Of a stretch of 38,273 bases of DNA, positions 8,122 to 17,096 are shown piece after piece. The translations under genes were made by a program, and so were the position numbers. The notes below the pieces were generated by a model that had not been told where the DNA came from, searched no databases, and saw only the letters and a list, made by a program, of their open reading frames with translations. Each line of letters begins with the position of its first letter. The stretch's first letter is position 1. The stretch lies in IMG/VR virus record IMGVR_UViG_2639762987_000013, positions 1 to 38,273 of that record; one strand, 5' to 3'. The stretch comes from a virus. Its lineage: Duplodnaviria > Heunggongvirae > Uroviricota > Caudoviricetes.

Positions 8122-8511
8122 TTAGTCAGCGAAGGTTAAGACGAGAATTACCTTAATGATGTCTGCTACAACAGACACGGCCATAGATAAACCAAAGACG
8201 ATCCAAGCCATAGAGATGTCTTCACTACCATCGTATAGAGTTCCGTAATCACTGGTGTAAGGCGTAAATGTCGCGCCTTGATACAACAGGTATAAGCTTG
8301 AACCATAGAGGATAAATGCAGATATCCCTTGTATTGCTATGATCACTAGAATCATGAAACGAGCTGATCTATGCGCCCAAGCCTGGCTTATTTTTTCTGA
8401 TAGAGATTTCGCAATAAAAGCATGCGCTAAGCCGTAAATTGTCGAGATTGCCAACATCCCAAAAAAGCTTGCTATAGCGGTTCCAACCATAATCGCCCCT
8501 TGCGTGATCAA
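8122..8511 (-). CDS. Polytopic (about 4 TM) membrane protein, 129 aa, translationally coupled to cI (rexAB-equivalent slot)
   Basis: ATG 8511-8509 overlaps cI stop 8510-8508; four hydrophobic segments; located between cI and OL/pL. Confidence 0.6.
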   Translation of the reverse strand: MITQGAIMVGTAIASFFGMLAISTIYGLAHAFIAKSLSEKISQAWAHRSARFMILVIIAIQGISAFILYGSSLYLLYQGATFTPYTSDYGTLYDGSEDISMAWIVFGLSMAVSVVADIIKVILVLTFAD

Positions 8512-9224
8512 ACCAGCCTTAGTTTTGTCTCAATTGCAACGCCTATAATCTTGCAGTTTCCATTGATTGGCACGAGAGGCCATGCAGGATTAAGTCCCTT
8601 GAGGTATTTATTTCCGCCGTCGATTATCAGCTTCTTGAATGTTGCTTCGTTAGAGTCAGAAAGTTTTGCTATGACCAAGCTGCCGTTGATCGCCTCCCTT
8701 CCGGTATCGAAAAGAACGAATGTTCCCTCTGGAATGCTTAACCCAACCGGTGCCGTCATTGAATCACCTTCCACTTTAAGCCAAAACGCATTACCTTGAA
8801 TATGCGCGTCAGACTCAAGCCAAACATCTATGTCTTTAATGGTGTATGGTTCGCATGCTTCACACCACGAGCCAGCCTGGATACTGCTTAACACCGGATA
8901 CCTCTTTCCTGCTCTGTATTCCCCTGCATACCTTACGTTGGCATCGCTCTTAAGGCTTTCTGCCTGTTCTGCAACCTTGGCAGCAATTGACTGGCTAAAA
9001 TCAGCAATTGAGACTTGCAACAATCGTGCAAAACCAGATGCAACCTCAACGTTTAGCGCGTTTCTGCCATTAAGATAATGCCCTACCGCTCCTTGGGTGA
9101 TACCCAGTTCATCAGCGATTGAGTATTGGGTTATTCCCAATTCTTTCTTTTTTGACTCATACAAAGCCTTAAGCCGCTTAGCGTCTTCGAGCTGTTCTGT
9201 CGTCAGTGATTTTTTATTTTCCAT
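8508..9224 (-). CDS. cI: CI-type repressor (N-terminal HTH, C-terminal S24 LexA-like autopeptidase), 238 aa
   Basis: HTH ...GITQYSIADELGITQGAVGHYLNG...; S24 motifs (GDSM, downstream Lys); divergent from cro with operators between. Confidence 0.9.
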   Translation of the reverse strand: MENKKSLTTEQLEDAKRLKALYESKKKELGITQYSIADELGITQGAVGHYLNGRNALNVEVASGFARLLQVSIADFSQSIAAKVAEQAESLKSDANVRYAGEYRAGKRYPVLSSIQAGSWCEACEPYTIKDIDVWLESDAHIQGNAFWLKVEGDSMTAPVGLSIPEGTFVLFDTGREAINGSLVIAKLSDSNEATFKKLIIDGGNKYLKGLNPAWPLVPINGNCKIIGVAIETKLRLV

Positions 9225-9235
9225 AGCTTAATTCT

Positions 9236-9299
9236 AATAGCTAAGGTACTTAAACTAAAAATACCCTGAGTATTGATTGTTTTGAATACCTGTAGTATT
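9236..9299. promoter_or_regulatory. OR region: three operator sites (9236-9250, 9260-9274, 9285-9299), consensus AATAC-N5-GTATT, about 25-bp spacing; pR/pRM
   Basis: Perfect dyad GAATAC-CTGTA-GTATTC at 9284-9300; third site 12 bp from cI ATG suggests short or leaderless cI mRNA. Confidence 0.55.
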
Positions 9300-9330
9300 C
9301 TTTATTCATGGTTAATAACGGAGAGTGCAT

Positions 9331-9525
9331 ATGATTCGAATGACACTTGCCGATTACGCCAAAATCCATGGACAGGCTAAAGCAGCCAGTGACTTTGGTG
9401 TAATCCAGTGCGCTATCAGCAAGGCCATTCTGGCAGGCCGTAACATCATGGTTACGGTAAAGCCTGATGGCAGTGTGATTGGAGAGGAAGTTCGTCCTTT
9501 CCCAAGCAACAAGAAAAACAAATAG
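9331..9525 (+). CDS. cro: Cro repressor, 64 aa
   Basis: [36 protein letters not shown]....DGSV..EEV.PFPSNKK parallels lambda Cro; GGAG RBS; ATG 9331 preferred over GTG 9325. Confidence 0.85.
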   Translation: MIRMTLADYAKIHGQAKAASDFGVIQCAISKAILAGRNIMVTVKPDGSVIGEEVRPFPSNKKNK

Positions 9526-9531
9526 TAACAC

Positions 9532-9576
9532 CGCTCTTTAACAGTCATGGTCCTCATTCCCGCCGAAATGCGGGAA
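9532..9576 (+). promoter_or_regulatory. nutR: boxA (CGCTCTTTAACA) plus boxB hairpin (TTCCCGC-CGAAAT-GCGGGAA)
   Basis: Between cro and cII; same boxB as nutL. Confidence 0.7.
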
Positions 9577-9633
9577 TACAACGCGCATAAGTTGATGCGC
9601 ATAACTTCTTATTAGTTAAGGAAATACTTACAT

Positions 9634-9912
9634 ATGCAACTTACAAGTACTCGCAAGAAAGCGAATGCAATTACAAGCAACATCATGAATCGAATTGCTG
9701 TACGTGGTCAGCGAAAGGTTGCCGACGCGTTAGGGATTAATGAATCGCAAATTTCGCGATGGAAAGACAGCTTTATCCCAAAGATGGCCATGCTTCTGGC
9801 TGTTCTTGAATGGGGTGTTGAAGACGAGGAGTTGGCGGAACTGGCTAAGAAAGTAGCCAGAATGCTGACAAAAGAAAAAGCCCCGAAGAACGGCGAATTC
9901 TTCGAGGCCTGA
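9634..9912 (+). CDS. cII: CII transcriptional activator, 92 aa
   Basis: ...SQISRWKDSFIPKMAMLLAVLEWGVEDEELAELAKKVA... closely parallels lambda CII core. Confidence 0.85.
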   Translation: MQLTSTRKKANAITSNIMNRIAVRGQRKVADALGINESQISRWKDSFIPKMAMLLAVLEWGVEDEELAELAKKVARMLTKEKAPKNGEFFEA

Positions 9913-9946
9913 TGTAGAAAGACTGGATCAATCCACAGGAGTAATT

Positions 9947-10108
9947 ATGACAAAACGTCGTAAGAAATACCAGGAAAAAGAAGAGATTCGACACCCTGAT
10001 TCACCTGAGGGATTAGTGGTAGCCGCAGCAAATAACAGGGCGTTCGCAGAGCGCCTTGTTGGTGTTTACAGACTAGCCAAAGCAGGAGTGAAACATGGGC
10101 GTCGTTAA
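9947..10108 (+). CDS. Small basic hypothetical protein, 53 aa (MTKRRKKYQEKEEIRHPD...), not in ORF track
   Basis: ORF between cII and O, overlapping O start in another frame; no clear RBS. Confidence 0.25.
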   Translation: MTKRRKKYQEKEEIRHPDSPEGLVVAAANNRAFAERLVGVYRLAKAGVKHGRR

Positions 10109-10916
10109 GTTAGCTGATTACAGGCCTCAACTGGAGGTCGTGGAGCATCGCGTGGCAGATACCGAAGATGGTTTCATGCGCGTTGCTAACGAGATTACCG
10201 ACGGTCTGCTGATGGCTGATTTAACCGTCCGGCAGTTGAAGGTGATGCTCGCTATCATGCGCAAGACATACGGATTCAATAAGCCGATGGATCGACTCAC
10301 AAACACGCAGATAGCAGCCATGACAGGTATTCATCACACTCATGTTTGCGCTGCCAAGCGCCAGCTTATTGAGCGTAAATTCCTCATTGCTGATGGCGTG
10401 AAAATCGGAGTGAACAAGGTGGTTTCGCAGTGGATTAGCCAGGACAGCTTAACATTAGCTAAAACAGCTAATAAAACATTAGCCAAGTCGGCTAATGGGT
10501 ATAAGCCAAGTCAGCTAAACACAAAAGACAATATACAAAAGACAATAAATACAAATACCCCCTTACCCCCTAACGGGGGTGGCGATGGGCAGGTTAAACC
10601 TGAACGTCGCAAGGCGGAACGAATCGACTACGAATCCTTCCTGAACGCCTACAACACCGAAGTCGGTGACAGACTGCCACACGCTGTTGCGGTCAACGAG
10701 AAACGCAAACGCCGCCTGAAGAAAATCATCCCGCAACTGAAAACGCCAAACGTGGACGGTTTCAGAGCGTATGTCAGGGCGTTTGTGCATCAGGCCAAGC
10801 CGTTTTACTTCGGAGACAACGACACGGGCTGGACGGCTGATTTTGATTACCTGCTGAGAGAAGACTCGTTAACGGGAGTTCGGGAAGGGAAGTTTGCAGA
10901 CAGGGGGATTGCATGA
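10095..10916 (+). CDS. O: Replication initiator O-like protein (origin-binding), 273 aa
   Basis: N-terminal ...[36 protein letters not shown]... parallels lambda O N-terminus; contains iteron/AT-rich ori. Confidence 0.8.
   Translation: MGVVKLADYRPQLEVVEHRVADTEDGFMRVANEITDGLLMADLTVRQLKVMLAIMRKTYGFNKPMDRLTNTQIAAMTGIHHTHVCAAKRQLIERKFLIADGVKIGVNKVVSQWISQDSLTLAKTANKTLAKSANGYKPSQLNTKDNIQKTINTNTPLPPNGGGDGQVKPERRKAERIDYESFLNAYNTEVGDRLPHAVAVNEKRKRRLKKIIPQLKTPNVDGFRAYVRAFVHQAKPFYFGDNDTGWTADFDYLLREDSLTGVREGKFADRGIA
10435..10582. repeat. Origin of replication inside O: four 17-bp dyad iterons (TTAGCY-N5-RGCTAA; starts 10435, 10455, 10479, 10502), AT-rich region with ACAAAAGACAATA direct repeat, then CCCCC-TAAC-GGGGG palindrome
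   Basis: Read directly from sequence; architecture matches lambda ori (iterons + AT-rich region within O). Confidence 0.6.
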
Positions 10917-12289
10917 GACAGGATATCGAAGCGAGCGTTATCGGTGGCCTGCTGATTGGTGGATTAACTCCAACTGCCAGCGACGTTCTGGCAACGCTGG
11001 AGCCGGAAGCGTTTTCAATTCCGCTCTACAGGAAAGCCTTCGAGGTTATCCGCAAGCAGGCGAGAAACAGAAACCTAATCGATGCGCTGATGGTTGCCGA
11101 GGCGTGCGGAGAGGAGCATTTCACCTCAATCCTGATGACCAGCAAAAACTGCCCGAGTGCCGCAAACCTGAAGGGATATGCCGGAATGGTCGCGGATAAC
11201 TATCACCGCCGTCTGGTGCTGGAAATCATGGATGAAATGCGTGAACCAATTCAGAGCGGAACCATCGACGTATCGAGTCAGGCGATGGATGAACTTGTAA
11301 AGCGTCTTTCAGTCATCAGAAAGCCACGTGACGAGGTAAAACCTGTACGGTTAGGGGAAATCATCACCGACTACACTGACACGCTTGACAGGCGTCTGAG
11401 GAACGGAGAAGAGTCAGATACCCTGAAGACCGGAATCGAAGAACTTGATGCCATCACCGGAGGGATGAACGCAGAAGACCTGGTGATTATCGCCGCTCGT
11501 CCTGGTATGGGGAAAACCGAACTGGCGCTGAAGATTGCCGAAGGTGTGGCAAGCCGCGTTATTCCTGGTTCTGACGTCCGGCGCGGGGTATTGATTTTCT
11601 CAATGGAAATGAGCGCATTGCAGATTGCAGAGCGAAGCATTGCCAACGCCGGGAGGATGTCGGTTAGCGTACTGCGAAATCCTGCATCGATGGATGACGA
11701 GGGCTGGGCACGTGTTGCTAACGGCATGAGTCAGCTTGCAGATTTGGATGTATGGGTAGTCGATGCTTCGCGGTTATCGGTCGAAGAAATACGCTCAATC
11801 GCAGAACGGCATAAGCAGGAAAATCCAAACCTGTCACTCATCATGGCGGATTATCTTGGCCTGATTGAGAAGCCGAAAGCAGACCGCAACGACCTCGCAA
11901 TTGCTCACATCTCCAGAAGCCTGAAGGCGATGGCGAAAGACCTGAAAACACCGGTTATCTCCCTGAGTCAGCTTTCGCGCGATGTTGAGAAGCGACCAAA
12001 CAAACGCCCGACAAACGCAGATTTGCGTGATTCAGGAAGCATTGAACAGGACGCAGACTCAATCATCATGCTCTATCGGGAAGCGGTATATGATGAGAAC
12101 AGTAGCGCCGCGCCATTTGCTGAAATCATCGTGACGAAAAACCGTTTTGGCTCGCTTGGTACAGTTTACCAGCGGTTCTGCAACGGACACTTTGTTGCAT
12201 GTGACCAGGATGAAGCCAGACAGATTTGCACAGCATCAAATGCACCTGCTGCGCGTGGCAGACGATATGCACAAGGGGCTGACGTATGA
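10913..12289 (+). CDS. DnaB-family replicative DNA helicase (P22 gp12-type), 458 aa
   Basis: Walker [13 protein letters not shown], ...SMEMS..., ...[10 protein letters not shown]... helicase motifs; start overlaps O stop. Confidence 0.9.
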   Translation: MRQDIEASVIGGLLIGGLTPTASDVLATLEPEAFSIPLYRKAFEVIRKQARNRNLIDALMVAEACGEEHFTSILMTSKNCPSAANLKGYAGMVADNYHRRLVLEIMDEMREPIQSGTIDVSSQAMDELVKRLSVIRKPRDEVKPVRLGEIITDYTDTLDRRLRNGEESDTLKTGIEELDAITGGMNAEDLVIIAARPGMGKTELALKIAEGVASRVIPGSDVRRGVLIFSMEMSALQIAERSIANAGRMSVSVLRNPASMDDEGWARVANGMSQLADLDVWVVDASRLSVEEIRSIAERHKQENPNLSLIMADYLGLIEKPKADRNDLAIAHISRSLKAMAKDLKTPVISLSQLSRDVEKRPNKRPTNADLRDSGSIEQDADSIIMLYREAVYDENSSAAPFAEIIVTKNRFGSLGTVYQRFCNGHFVACDQDEARQICTASNAPAARGRRYAQGADV

Positions 12290-12314
12290 CCATCTACATC
12301 ACTGAGCTAATAAC

Positions 12315-12346
12315 AGGCCTGCTGGTAATCGCAGGCCTTTTTATTT
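12315..12346 (+). terminator. Intrinsic terminator (tR2-like): AGGCCTGC-loop-GCAGGCCT followed by TTTTATTT
   Basis: Perfect 8-bp stem plus T-tract between helicase and ninB. Confidence 0.6.
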
Positions 12347-12362
12347 GGGGGAGAGGGAAGTC

Positions 12363-12803
12363 ATGAAAAAACTAACCTTTGAAATTCGATCTCCAGCACA
12401 TCAGAAAAACGCTATTCACGCAGTACAGCAAATTCTTCCAGACCCAACCAAACCAATCGTAGTAACCATTCAGGAACGCAACCGCAGCTTAGACCAAAAC
12501 CGAAAGCTTTGGGCTTGCCTTGGTGACGTCTCTCGTCAGGTTGAATGGCATGGTCGCTGGCTGGATGCAGAAAGCTGGAAGTGTGTGTTTACCGCAGCAT
12601 TAAAGCAGCAGGACGTTGTTCCTAACCTTGCCGGGAATGGCTTTGTGGTAATAGGCCAGTCAACCAGCAGGATGCGTGTAAGCGAATTTGCGGAGCTATT
12701 AGAGCTTATACAGGCATTCGGTACAGAGCGTGGCGTTAAGTGGTCAGACGAAGCGCGACTGGCTCTGGAGTGGAAAGCGAGATGGGGAGACAGGGCTGCA
12801 TGA
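12363..12803 (+). CDS. ninB: NinB (Orf) recombination mediator, 146 aa
   Basis: MKKLTFEIRSPAHQKNAIHAVQQILPDPTKP... essentially matches recalled lambda NinB. Confidence 0.9.
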   Translation: MKKLTFEIRSPAHQKNAIHAVQQILPDPTKPIVVTIQERNRSLDQNRKLWACLGDVSRQVEWHGRWLDAESWKCVFTAALKQQDVVPNLAGNGFVVIGQSTSRMRVSEFAELLELIQAFGTERGVKWSDEARLALEWKARWGDRAA

Positions 12804-13672
12804 TAAATGTCGTTAGTTTCTCCGGTGGCAGGACGTCAGCATATTTGCTCTGGCTAATGGAGCAAAAGCGTCGGGCAGGTAAAGACGTGCATTACGTTTT
12901 CATGGATACAGGTTGTGAACATCCAATGACATATCGGTTTGTCAGGGAAGTTGTGAAGTTCTGGGATATACCGCTCACCGTATTGCAGGTTGATATCAAC
13001 CCGGAGCTTGGACAGCCAAATGGTTATACGGTATGGGAACCAAAGGATATTCAGACGCGAATGCCTGTTCTGAAGCCATTTATCGATATGGTAAAGAAAT
13101 ATGGCACTCCATACGTCGGCGGCGCGTTCTGCACTGACAGATTAAAACTCGTTCCCTTCACCAAATACTGTAATGACCATTTCGGGCGAGGGAATTACAC
13201 CACGTGGATTGGCATCAGAGCTGATGAACCGAAGCGGCTAAAGCCAAAGCCTGGAATCAGATATCTTGCTGAACTGTCAGACTTTGAGAAGGAAGATATC
13301 CTCGCATGGTGGAAGCAACAACCATTCGATTTGCAAATACCGGAACATCTCGGTAACTGCATATTCTGCATTAAAAAATCAACGCAAAAAATCGGACTTG
13401 CCTGCAAAGATGAGGAGGGATTGCAGCGTGTTTTTAATGAGGTCATCACGGGATCCCATGTGCGTGACGGACATCGGGAAACGCCAAAGGAGATTATGTA
13501 CCGAGGAAGAATGTCGCTGGACGGTATCGCGAAAATGTATTCAGAAAATGATTATCAAGCCCTGTATCAGGACATGGTACGAGCTAAAAGATTCGATACC
13601 GGCTCTTGTTCTGAGTCATGCGAAATATTTGGAGGGCAGCTTGATTTCGACTTCGGGAGGGAAGCTGCATGA
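12800..13672 (+). CDS. ninC: NinC (PAPS-reductase-like family protein), 290 aa
   Basis: [20 protein letters not shown]... matches recalled lambda NinC; ATGA overlap with ninB. Confidence 0.85.
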   Translation: MINVVSFSGGRTSAYLLWLMEQKRRAGKDVHYVFMDTGCEHPMTYRFVREVVKFWDIPLTVLQVDINPELGQPNGYTVWEPKDIQTRMPVLKPFIDMVKKYGTPYVGGAFCTDRLKLVPFTKYCNDHFGRGNYTTWIGIRADEPKRLKPKPGIRYLAELSDFEKEDILAWWKQQPFDLQIPEHLGNCIFCIKKSTQKIGLACKDEEGLQRVFNEVITGSHVRDGHRETPKEIMYRGRMSLDGIAKMYSENDYQALYQDMVRAKRFDTGSCSESCEIFGGQLDFDFGREAA

Positions 13673-13920
13673 TGCGATGTTATCGGTGCGGTGAATGCAA
13701 AGAAGATAACCGCTTCCGACCAAATCAACCTTACTGGAATCGATGGTGTCTCCGGTGTGAAAGAACACCAACAGGGGTGTTACCACTACCGCAGGAAAAG
13801 GAGGACGTGTGGCGAGACAGCGACGAAGTTTCACCGACATCATCTGTGAAAACTGCAAATACCTTCCAACGAAACGCTCCAGAAATAAACGCAAGCCAAT
13901 CCCAAAAGAATCTGACGTAA
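13669..13920 (+). CDS. ninD: NinD-like Cys-rich (zinc-finger-like) protein, 83 aa; extended relative to lambda NinD and overlapping ninE
   Basis: [16 protein letters not shown]...CLRCE; ORF reads through the position where a stop is expected. Confidence 0.5.
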   Translation: MMRCYRCGECKEDNRFRPNQPYWNRWCLRCERTPTGVLPLPQEKEDVWRDSDEVSPTSSVKTANTFQRNAPEINASQSQKNLT

Positions 13921-13985
13921 AAACCTTCAACTACACGGCTCACCTGTGGGATATCCGGTGGCTAAGACATCGTGCGAGGAAATGA
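13809..13985 (+). CDS. ninE: NinE, 58 aa, GTG start; not in ORF track
   Basis: Translation ...[56 protein letters not shown] matches recalled lambda NinE; AGGAGG RBS 4-5 nt upstream of GTG. Confidence 0.6.
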   Translation: MARQRRSFTDIICENCKYLPTKRSRNKRKPIPKESDVKTFNYTAHLWDIRWLRHRARK

Positions 13986-14329
13986 CAATGGATTATTCAC
14001 AGTTAAGTGATTTTGAAATTAACAGAATGGTAGGAGACATAATTTTTAAAGGACTTTGGGCATGTAAACCGGAAACGTCAGGGAATAACACCAACAAATG
14101 GTATTACGGAAATGCTGATACAACTTTTGAGCCATTAAATCATTTGCCTGACTACTGCAATGATCCGAGCGCTTCATGGCCGATTATTGAGAAATACAGG
14201 ATTTCTATCTTAGACCAGTTAACTGAATGGTGTGTGGATGCAAAAGGCGTAAGCCCAATATTTGATACCAGACCTCTCCGCGCCGCCATGATTGTCTTTC
14301 TCCTGATGCAGGAGGCCAATAATGCTTAG
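13982..14329 (+). CDS. Hypothetical nin-region protein, 115 aa
   Basis: ATG overlaps ninE stop; GAGGAA RBS. Confidence 0.5.
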   Translation: MTMDYSQLSDFEINRMVGDIIFKGLWACKPETSGNNTNKWYYGNADTTFEPLNHLPDYCNDPSASWPIIEKYRISILDQLTEWCVDAKGVSPIFDTRPLRAAMIVFLLMQEANNA

Positions 14330-14498
14330 CCCATCCCAATCCCTTCAATACCAGAAAGAAAGCGTCGAGCGGGCTTTAACGTGCGCTAACTGCGGTCAGA
14401 AGCTGCATGTGCTGGAAGTTCACATGTGTGAGCACTGCTGCGCAGAACTGATGAGCGATCCGAATAGCTCAATGCACGAGGAAGAAGACGATGAATGA
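14322..14498 (+). CDS. ninF: NinF, 58 aa; not in ORF track
   Basis: [58 protein letters not shown] matches recalled lambda NinF. Confidence 0.65.
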   Translation: MLSPSQSLQYQKESVERALTCANCGQKLHVLEVHMCEHCCAELMSDPNSSMHEEEDDE

Positions 14499-15213
14499 GT
14501 TAATAAATGGCAATGCCATCAAAATGACAAGCATTGAAATCGCTGAGTTGGTTGGTAAGCGTCATGACAATGTGAAACGTACCATCGAAACGCTGGCTAA
14601 AAATGGTGTTATCCGGCTTCCTCAAATTGAGGTTTCCGAAAGAATCAATAACTTAGGGTTCAATGTTCAGTACGAGCATTACGTTTTCGAAGGCGAACAA
14701 GGTAAGCGAGACAGTATTGTCGTTGTTGCCCAGTTGTCGCCGGAATTCACCGCTCGCCTTGTTGACCGCTGGCGAGAGCTTGAAGAAGCTGCGGTTAATA
14801 TCCCCAAAACGCTACCAGAAGCGTTGCGCCTTGCTGCTGATCTTGCTGAGCAGAAAATGCAACTGGAAAACCAGCTCGCAATTGCCGCACCTAAAGTTGA
14901 GTTTGCCGATCGCGTTGGCGAGGCCAGCGGAATTTTGATTGGAAACTTTGCAAAGGTTGTCGGTATTGGTCCAAACAAACTGTTTGCGTGGATGCGCGAT
15001 CACAAAATCCTTATTGCTTCAGGTTCCCGGCGCAATGTGCCAATGCAGGAATATATGGATCGCGGCTATTTCACAGTGAAAGAAACAGCGGTCAACACAA
15101 ATCACGGAATACAGATATCGTTCACCACAAAAATCACCGGGCGTGGTCAACAGTGGCTGACCAGAAAGCTGCTCGATAACGGAATGCTGAAAGTAACAGG
15201 TGAGGCTGCTTAA
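14491..15213 (+). CDS. Phage antirepressor-like protein (Rha-type N-terminal domain + KilAC/ANT C-terminal domain), 240 aa
   Basis: N-terminal ...MTSIEIAELVGKRHDNVKRTIETL... (Rha-like); C-terminal ...KLFAWMRDHKILIASGSRRNVPMQEYMDRGYFTVKE... (KilAC-like). From memory of Pfam families. Confidence 0.7.
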   Translation: MNELINGNAIKMTSIEIAELVGKRHDNVKRTIETLAKNGVIRLPQIEVSERINNLGFNVQYEHYVFEGEQGKRDSIVVVAQLSPEFTARLVDRWRELEEAAVNIPKTLPEALRLAADLAEQKMQLENQLAIAAPKVEFADRVGEASGILIGNFAKVVGIGPNKLFAWMRDHKILIASGSRRNVPMQEYMDRGYFTVKETAVNTNHGIQISFTTKITGRGQQWLTRKLLDNGMLKVTGEAA

Positions 15214-15503
15214 TGGCTAATCTACGCAAAGAAGCACGCGGCAGAGAATGCCAGGTACGTATTTACGGCGTATGCAATGGCAACCCTGAAACTACAGTTC
15301 TGGCACATTATCGGATGGCTGGAATTTGCGGAACGGGAATGAAGCCTGACGACCTGATCGGCGCATGGGCTTGTAGCGCGTGTCACGATGAAATCGACCG
15401 ACGCACCCATAATCTCGACAACAAAGACGCCAGACTTTACCACCTCGAAGGCGTGATCAGGACGCAGGCGATACTGCTGAAGGAGGGGAAGATTAAGTCA
15501 TGA
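15213..15503 (+). CDS. YbcO-like DUF1364 putative nuclease, 96 aa
   Basis: Cys/His-rich 96-aa protein in the position of DLP12 ybcO upstream of rusA. Confidence 0.6.
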   Translation: MANLRKEARGRECQVRIYGVCNGNPETTVLAHYRMAGICGTGMKPDDLIGAWACSACHDEIDRRTHNLDNKDARLYHLEGVIRTQAILLKEGKIKS

Positions 15504-15862
15504 ACGAATATCAGTTTGTGCTTCCATACCCGCCGTCGGTGAACACCTACTGGCGAAGACGGGGAAGCCAATACTACATCAGCGATAAAGGCCAGAAATA
15601 CCGAAAAGACGTTCAGCAAATCATCCGCCAACTCAAGTTAGACATTTTCACCAAATCACGACTCCGCATCAAAGTCATCGCAGACGTTCCAGACTCCCGC
15701 CGCCGCGACCTCGACAACATCCTGAAAGGTTTACTCGATTCCCTTATCCACGCCGGATTTGCGGAAGACGACGAGCAATTCGATGACATTCGCGTAATTC
15801 GTGGTGTGAAAGTACCAGGCGGACGGCTTGGAATAAAAATCACCGAACTGGAGAACGCATGA
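15500..15862 (+). CDS. rusA: RusA Holliday junction resolvase, 120 aa
   Basis: ...LPYPPSVNTYWRR...DVPDSRRRDLDNILKGLLDSL...GGRLGIKITE parallels E. coli RusA motifs. Confidence 0.85.
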   Translation: MNEYQFVLPYPPSVNTYWRRRGSQYYISDKGQKYRKDVQQIIRQLKLDIFTKSRLRIKVIADVPDSRRRDLDNILKGLLDSLIHAGFAEDDEQFDDIRVIRGVKVPGGRLGIKITELENA

Positions 15863-16047
15863 ACGCCACAATTCAAACGATACCAGAGCTTCTTATCCAG
15901 ACACGAGGCAATCAGACCGAAGTGGCAAGGATGCTTTCCTGCGCAAGAGGAACAGTGCTCAAGTACAACCGAGACAGCAAAGGCGAGCGTCACGCAATAG
16001 TTAACGGCGTCCTGATGGTCAAACAGGGCAAGAGGGGAAGACGATGA
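15859..16047 (+). CDS. Small putative HTH protein, 62 aa
   Basis: ATGA-coupled between rusA and Q; ...QTEVARMLSCARGTVLKY... HTH-like. Confidence 0.45.
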   Translation: MNATIQTIPELLIQTRGNQTEVARMLSCARGTVLKYNRDSKGERHAIVNGVLMVKQGKRGRR

Positions 16048-16667
16048 GACTCGAAAGCGTAGCTAAATTTCATTCGCCAAAAAGCCCAATGATGAGCGAC
16101 TCACCACGGGCTACGGCTTCTGACTCTCTTTCCGGTACTGATGTGATGGCTGCTATGGGGATGGCGCAATCACAAGCCGGATTCGGTATGGCTGCATTCT
16201 GTGGTAAGCACGAACTCAGCCAGAACGACAAACAAAAGGCTATCAACTATCTGAAGCAATTTGCACACAAGGTATCGGGGAAATACCGTGGTGTGGCAAA
16301 GCTCGAAGGAAATACTAAGGCAAAGGTACTGCAAGTGCTCGCAACATTCGCTTATGCGGATTATTGCCGTAGTGCCGCTACGCCGGGCGCAAGATGCAGA
16401 GATTGCCACGGTACAGGCCGTGCGGTTGATATAGCCAAAACAGAGCAGTGGGGGAGAGTTGTCGAGAAAGAGTGCGGAAGATGCAAAGGCGTCGGCTATT
16501 CAAGGATGCCAGCAAGCGCAGCATATCGCGCTGTGACGATGCTAATCCCAAACCTTACTCAACCCACCTGGTCACGCACTGTTAAGCCGCTGTATGACGC
16601 TCTGGTGGTGCAATGCCACAAAGAAGAGTCAATCGCAGACAGCATTTTGAATACGGTCACACGTTAG
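16044..16667 (+). CDS. Q: Late-gene antiterminator Q (lambda-type), 207 aa
   Basis: MRLESVAKFHSPKSPMMSDSPRATASDSLSGTDVMAAMGMAQSQAGFGMAAFCGKHE... matches recalled lambda Q almost throughout. Confidence 0.9.
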   Translation: MRLESVAKFHSPKSPMMSDSPRATASDSLSGTDVMAAMGMAQSQAGFGMAAFCGKHELSQNDKQKAINYLKQFAHKVSGKYRGVAKLEGNTKAKVLQVLATFAYADYCRSAATPGARCRDCHGTGRAVDIAKTEQWGRVVEKECGRCKGVGYSRMPASAAYRAVTMLIPNLTQPTWSRTVKPLYDALVVQCHKEESIADSILNTVTR

Positions 16668-16709
16668 CAGCATGATTGCCACGGATGGCAACATATTAAC
16701 GGCATGATA

Positions 16710-16738
16710 TTGACTTATTGAATAAAGTTGGGTAAATT
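16710..16738 (+). promoter_or_regulatory. Late promoter pR' (TTGACT -35, 17-bp spacer, TAAATT -10) with overlapping qut region
   Basis: Sequence TTGACTtattgaataaagttgggTAAATT mirrors lambda pR'. Confidence 0.6.
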
Positions 16739-16774
16739 TGACTCAACGATGGATAAATGCACTCGTTAAATAAA

Positions 16775-16810
16775 GCCCTGAGTTAATAGCTCGGGGCTTT
16801 TTGCGTTTTA
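16775..16810 (+). terminator. Intrinsic terminator about 30-60 nt downstream of pR' start (GCCCTGAG-loop-CTCGGGGC + TTTTTGCGTTTT)
   Basis: 8-bp stem with one G-U pair, 7-nt loop, U-tract; likely the Q-antiterminated tR' analogue. Confidence 0.55.
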
Positions 16811-16945
16811 AGCACGGCCTTTCTGAAAGCACATCAAACCAAATACCAGACAGACAAAAATAATCACCTTATCCGCTGTGGCTACGGTGCGGTGTGCTTT
16901 GCATAAAAGAAAACCAGCGCAATGGCTGGCTTCGTGAAAGCGGGT

Positions 16946-16980
16946 GGCAGGAGGTTGCACTAACAACCTCATGCCGTTTT
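16946..16980 (+). terminator. Second terminator-like hairpin (GGCAGGAGGTTG-loop-CAACCTCATGCC + GTTTTGCCCG), lambda-like sequence upstream of the holin gene
   Basis: 12-bp stem with one mismatch followed by T-rich tract. Confidence 0.45.
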
Positions 16981-17080
16981 GCCCGTGCATATCGGTCACG
17001 AACAAATCTGATTACTAAACACAGTAGCCTGGATTTGTTCTATCAGTAATCGACCTTATTCCTAATTAAATAGAGCAAAT

Positions 17081-17096
17081 CCCCTCAATGAAGGGG
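17081..17096 (+). promoter_or_regulatory. Stem-loop (CCCCT-CAATGA-AGGGG) sequestering the holin RBS, analogous to lambda sdi
   Basis: Hairpin immediately upstream of dual start codons MYRM. Confidence 0.4.

Noticed and set aside
12740-12803. N-terminal extension of NinC (track ORF starts at 12740)
   Set aside because: The NinC start at ATG 12800 overlapping the ninB stop matches the lambda arrangement; the upstream in-frame region lies inside ninB.
14663-15003. ORFs 14663-14938 (+), 14679-14978 (-), 14812-15003 (-)
   Set aside because: Nested within or antisense to the antirepressor gene, which has clear domain-level similarity.
16808-17005. Minus-strand 65-aa ORF between Q and the holin gene
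   Set aside because: It overlaps the terminator-like hairpin and lambda-like leader upstream of the lysis genes; antisense to the late transcript.
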